A stretch of DNA of 64,000 bases from Priapulus caudatus (lineage: Eukaryota), in NCBI RefSeq assembly GCF_000485595.1, contig NW_014577080.1, positions 405,423 through 469,422 of the forward strand, given 5' to 3'. A model generated the notes under the pieces. The model was not told where the DNA came from, ran no database searches, and was given only the letters and a program-made list of their open reading frames with translations. Of this stretch, positions 58,236-64,000 are shown piece after piece. The position numbers were made by a program, and so were the translations under genes. Every line of letters starts with the position of its first letter. Position 1 is the first letter of the stretch.

Positions 58236-61104
58236 AACGAGTGCATATTTTCTTGTAGCGCTACGTACGTCACTACCACTTGTCTTCTAGCATTTCTTCT
58301 CTGCAGCAGTTTCTCCATATATTGCAGACAAGTTAACCGTAGCGCGTAGAAAATATTGCCGCTTTAATGACGTCCAATCGCCACAGTAATGGCCGTTCTC
58401 TTCAATAGCCCTACCAGCAAATGGAAGGGAAGCCAATATCTGTATCCGATGAAGTATATTCTGTCTGTTTTGATGAGCGTCTCGGTATTGTTCAAACGCA
58501 TTGCATTTGTTAGTCGACATTACTATTGGGTCTATTTTGGTCGTCGTAAAGATTCGGGTTTTAAGAAGCTTTTTTCATTGAAGCTGAAGTTAGTCCCTCA
58601 AGTCACCGCACTATGTTGGATAATGGAGAAATATAGATCGTATGTCGACTGCGTTCTTTTTCTCCCGAGAGAGACCGAACCACAAATTAACGAAGGGTAA
58701 AAAAAGGTTGTGCGATTTCGAAAATGCTGTGGTAAATGTACGTCCACTCTAACAATCCTGTACTGCTGATGAGCTCTCGCATGCTAGGCTCACTGCCACA
58801 GTCCTAATTAATGGACTGCCGTACGAGCAGCCTCAGTCTCCGGTGTTGTCAATCATGTCAATAATGAACTGGGCATCGGGCTTCTACGCAGTTGATCTTT
58901 TATCTCGAGGGACTTTGTATCGGTATTTTCGGCGTCTAGTGGAAGGCAAGATAACCTTGATTGTTTAAGCTGGGTTAGCTGCACCGTCGTCACCACTGAT
59001 ACGTGCTGCACAGACGCCGTCGTAGGAAAGCTGAGCCCTGGTGCGTGTGAAGCTCAGTGATGTCTGCGTGATTTACGCGTTAGCAGGGGAGGTTGTGGAG
59101 TGGTGATAGTTAGCGCGCTCCTATTCATTCTGCTCATGTGTAGCCGTATTACTCAAGGCAGCAGACCGCTGTTGGGATGAATATGCCTATTTCATCGTAT
59201 CAATCTCATCATTAAGAGTATGTAAACAACTTGCAGAATTTCTTTAAAACAAAAGGTACCCTAGGTACCTGGGAGAACTGGTGGAAGATTGGCGGAGAAA
59301 GACTTGCTGTAATAACTACTGCAGTCTCTTCTATATCCTACTGGTTATCATGCACTGCTGATGTTCATCAATATTTAATATTTTACAGAATGTGACTTGC
59401 GTGCGGGATAGATCTGCAAGCAATCGGTATTTTATGTATGCACGTTGCATTTCTTACGCACAATCTTACGTGCAAGTATTATTATTATGTGCAAGTATCG
59501 ACTGCGCATTTCTCAGGTGTTTTCCGATGATACATCGCCGTTCCACATATTGATAGCTACACGTAATGATGCTACACCGAATTTTGCACCGTCATGGTAC
59601 AGTGACACGCAATAGCGCGTGCCCTGGTGCACGTCATGAAGTTTGTAATAGTACATCCCATAATTGTCTGATATGGTACATGACACACACGGAGTGTCCA
59701 GTTATCCTTTGAGAAGTAATGATTAGATATGGTCAATATGTTGGGTGCTTGGGTTCTATGGTCATTCGTGATTGCAGTAAATACGATGCAACAGTATAAG
59801 CGATCATCGCACCAGAGTAGTACGTGCTTACGAACTTTATGTAGATATCTGCATGTCTAGCTATAGCACATCATTACTAGTATACTTACTCGCACTGATG
59901 CCAGATAGCGTGTGTAGCCTGCGACCTCTTCCTTTCTCACCGAACCGGCTTCTCACAGACACGCGCAACCCCATCGATGCGGTACTAGGCCTATAGTTTA
60001 ATACTATATCATTATAATAGTATATCATTAGAGTCCCCTGCGAGCAAAGTCGCGCGCTATCGCACTCTATATAAAATTGATAGAAGGCGTGCCTTTTTTC
60101 CCCCGGGAACGGTGCGGCCACACGCAGCTGGTCGAATGCTTGCGACTTGTAGATTTCTTTTTATAACCCCCTTCCTCTCTCTGACACACACGCGCGCGCG
60201 CCGCCCGCCCGCACGACACGCACGCCGCACGCGCTACACTACCACCCACACCGCACCCGGCGAGCGAGGGCAGTGAAGGCTAGTAACTCCGTCCGCCCGC
60301 CTCCCACACAAGCATTTCATCAACATTTGTGTTGTTTTTCTTATCAGAAATACAACACGAAGAGTTGCTTTTGTATATTATTTCAATTTTTGCCGACCAC
60401 TTTAACTGGCTAAATATACGTAATCCTCTCTTTTCTTTAACACCTTATCTACGAGATATTTTAAGCTTTTATCTTATTGCAGTACTGCTAATTTTACAGT
60501 GGAGATTTACTAAGTTAAATGTGAGATTTAATTTAAAGCTGAGCTTCCCGATTGAACAATTATTTTTATGACATCGCATTTCGGTTATCGGAGCTGATCC
60601 GATTCATTGTTACACGACGAGATGTAGCCTAAACTTTAGAACTCGGCGACGAGACACTAGACTCGCAAGGCCAGGCTGATTCTCTCAATGTGTGGAATTT
60701 TCTTATTAAGTAATTATTTAATTTGAAGGTGGATAATTAATTTATTAACTTTAATAATTAATATGCATCCGTTATTAGTGCGATGCGTGCAGCGTTGGGG
60801 CGAGGGATTGTAGGTATGGCCTTAGCCTGTGCTGTGCGGTTTGTAAGTCTACAAGCATGCGCCACCTGGGAAAGGGAACTTGAAAACGTGCATGATTCAC
60901 AAAATAAACCACACACTCAAACATTCGCGTTGAAACTAAACCTGCCACGCCCTGGCGTGAGGTAACTACTATGGTACAAGCAAACGTGAATGCATTTCGT
61001 AGGTTGGCTTTTCGTTGGTGTTTAATCAAAATTCAATTTACTCTCGGACTGTTGGATTGTTTTGACGCCGCCTTTAATGCATGAGGACTGACCCCACCGG
61101 ATCC

Positions 61105-61228
61105 CAGACCGTGCATTCACCCGGAATTTACCCCTGACACACCCGAATTTACCAGGATTTCTTCCTCTGACACACCCGGATTCACCCGTGATTCATCCGG
61201 ATTTCTCCCTCTGACACACCCGGATTCA
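61105..61228. repeat. Short tandem repeat built from CCTCTGACACACCCGGATT / CACCCGGAATT motifs
   Basis: Three copies of CTGACACACCCG. Confidence 0.7.
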
Positions 61229-62079
61229 GCGCATCTTCTTTGCGATCGGTAGAAACTTTGTGCACACCATTAGAACTTGTTTAATGAAATTTCGCTCAGC
61301 CGGATCGAAAACGATGCAAAACACATAGAACCGCCATATAGTGTCTCAATGTGAGCTGGTTTCCGGAAAATGTCAGTTTGATTTGGTTTGTTGTTTGATA
61401 TGGATAACTTTCCAATTATTATTTGTTCACATTTGAAGACACTTGTGAGGTTTCGGCGTGTCGCGTGACTGAACTAAATTCGGTCGCATACATAATAAAA
61501 CCATAATATGCGCAGGTGTTCGGTTATGCGCTCTTTGTTTCTCTCACTTGAAAGCCACGAGAGCTATACGCTGATGTGTTTTGGTAACCGCTCCAGCCCG
61601 CAAATATGTCAGTAAATGTTTCAATTGTGAACAACTATTTTGGGTTATTAAAATGTTTCGTTCAATTACGCATGTTATGTTTTTCTTACAATACAGACAG
61701 AACAGCTTTGATTTGGTTCGGTTTTGAATTGGTTAGGGTTGAATCGGTTTGGATTTCTATGGTTGTTGTGTTCGGTTTAATTTAGTTTAGTTCAGTGCGT
61801 TATTTGGAAATCAGGATTACTAGACATTTCATATACTCTCAACCTTCAATGAGGATTAAACATGAGTCATGTTCACTGGCACCATAAGCGATTGTTAGTA
61901 TTACATTACGCAAGTACGTAACGTCGAAAATTCAGCAGACACGACTAATGGGAATACTCCGATGGTAATACCAGATTACAGGCGGCAACACGACCTTTCA
62001 CTTTGATCTCGCGTAGACATTTTTAGTTCATAACAGCACAGCTGTCGCGGGCGCTTTGTGCTTTACTTTTGCTTTGTAA

Positions 62080-62477
62080 TCTATCTATACTAATATTTTG
62101 CGATGATTGTTTGTCTGTTTGTCTGTTAGGTTAAGGCGACCAGATGGTTGGTCCACAGGGGTAAGTTTACCCAGGGAGGGCCGTGGGTTAGGTTCCGTTG
62201 ACCTCAGAGGTCACTTGAAAACAGTCATTTACGGCTAAACGGGGCCAGATGGAGAGTTCGTTATGAAGTACAAAAACGTTTATTGACCATACAAATGTGT
62301 AGATTTGACAAAATAGGATCATGGGATCTGTTAAACTGTTTTTGCCAAAATATTTTTTACCCCTTTATATTTTCTTTCTCTCTTATGATTTTATCTCTAG
62401 AATTGGGTAAATATATGTTAGAATTTGCTCTACAAGTTGTTCCTATTTTTATTATTCCGTGTAACGCCGGTAAGTAG
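62080..62477 (+). mobile_element. Possible non-autonomous Helitron
   Basis: A|TCTATCTATACTAATATT 5' end followed by TGTTTGTC repeats; 3' GC-rich hairpin-like CCGTGTAACGCCGG then GTAG|T (canonical end is CTAG|T). Confidence 0.45.
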
Positions 62478-63193
62478 TGAATGAAAAGTATAGCGTGCGT
62501 GCGTGGCAGCGTTTTTAATAGCGGAATGGCTTACATATTTCTTCGCTCATTCCTGCCTGAATTCATACATTTACGTATTCAATTGCTTTGGTAATGATTT
62601 ATATGTATGCAATAACCACGGTACTGGAGCGCTGAGTTGATACTGTATTTAAACGAGCTTAGACGAGAGTGAGAATGTGATGCCAATTACAACGCGTAAC
62701 TCATCTCCACGTATATCTTCGATACTTGTGGTCAATGGCAGTTCCCATAGACCATACTGATATTGCTGTACTCGATGGCATACCTATCGATAGGGTCTCT
62801 GGAAATTAAATAGCCATAACTTATAACATTGTACTTTGTATTAAGTGACAATTTTATGCACTTGGATGTTGGCAAGTGAATTAGGCACAGATACGTTCGT
62901 CGCCAAAACACCGATGAACGATGACAGCTTCACTCGCGTTGTGTATAGATCGTTGGTATATAGTGTTCCTGTACTTGTATGGATCCTCACTACTATATAA
63001 TTAAATAATACGCTACAATAATAGTATACAATATATATATATTGTAGACACGGAGTTTACATGTTTTAAATAAGTTTACATAACTTTTAGAATACAACTC
63101 CTTTTAAGATTACATATGCCAGCAGAGTTATTCTTGTAATGACTGACTTGGCAGCAATGATGGGTAATGGAATGTGCGAAACACGAGTCTGCG

Positions 63194-63401
63194 GCACCCG
63201 GCAGTTAGATGCGATATGATATGACTACTAGGCACTTAGGATATGACTATTAGGCACTTAAAAAAAAAACCCTAACCCTAACCCTAACCTAACCTAAACC
63301 CTAAACCTAACCTAAACCCTAACCCTAACCCTAAAAAAAAAAAATTAAATTAAATTAAAGTGCCTAGTAGTCATATCATATCGCATCTAACTGCCGGTTG
63401 C
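63194..63401. mobile_element. 208-bp MITE with 44-bp TIRs, an 8-bp TSD and a telomeric-repeat core
   Basis: TIRs 63194-63237 / 63358-63401 (43/44); AGTCTGCG at 63186-63193 and 63402-63409; CCCTAA/CCTAA/CCTAAA units at about 63270-63334 between A-runs. Confidence 0.88.
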
Positions 63402-64000
63402 AGTCTGCGACGGTCAGGCATTGGGGTTTAGGCGTGGTATCAACATTTGTTTATACACGAATTTTGCACACGAGCCGTGCAGTGGCCGGACTCCTCCGGA
63501 GGGATGTTCGACAATAGGGGCTCACCCCTGCCTGGAGAATTGGGAGCGTTCGAGAGTGTGCGCTCGGCACGCTATCCGGCTATGCGTAAACCTATTAATT
63601 ACCGGCATATACCCAGCGGGTATATACCCCCCGGCATATATAACCAAGCTGTTTATTTAGAGATTTATTCTAAAAGGGAACTCTGCTAGGCTCTCCCTCT
63701 GACGCCCGACTGGCTAACAAATAATGAGTTCTTGTTTGGAAATGGATTCGTGTAGACTAATTTAAGAGCGTATATATAAGACAACTCGAAGCGAGTAATA
63801 GTCTCGTTCTGTGTCTGCTGCGTGTGTGTTCGTCGTCTCCAGTGCGTAAGTTGTTCTACGCGTTGGCTTGGGGGTTTTACTACTATATATCTTAATTTAC
63901 TTTGTACTCTCCCTTATCGTAAACTATCTCTTCTAACAGATTCTTCCTTATATTTCGTAACGTAGTTTCTTTATAGCTGTTTTGAGAGAAGCACTTAATT

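Noticed and set aside
57886..58290. Poly-Ile ORF as a membrane protein
   Set aside because: It is a translation of an (ATC)n microsatellite.
62742..62805. CCATAGACC...GGTCTCTGG tiny inverted repeat as a MITE
   Set aside because: Only about 9 imperfect base pairs and no clear TSD.

Overview
Eukaryotic, intron-rich animal DNA. It is probably from a non-insect invertebrate; this is an inference from the CpG-rich intergenic DNA, TTAGGG-type repeats and gene content. The assembly is a gapped draft. Bases 1079-16979 (+) hold the last 16 coding exons of a turtle/IGSF9-family adhesion receptor: part of one Ig domain, three more Ig domains, two FN3 domains, a TM helix and a long cytoplasmic tail. All splice phases join into one 1219-aa open frame, and the 5' exons lie outside the window. 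A roughly 33-kb stretch with no recognisable host exons follows, rich in microsatellites, minisatellites and small non-autonomous transposons. Within it (about 27.8-30.4 kb, minus strand) is a decayed, intronless cassette whose downstream gene resembles a Polinton/Maverick-type or DNA-virus A32/FtsK packaging ATPase. Two unrelated foldback elements carry telomeric (CCCTAA)n cores (49.1 kb and 63.2 kb). A probable second gene starts near 50.1-50.7 kb (+) with a signal-peptide exon; its later exons were not found. Nearly all ORFs in the supplied track are translations of repeats or noise. No rRNA, tRNA or CRISPR array was recognised. Family assignments come from motif recall and were not checked by any search.
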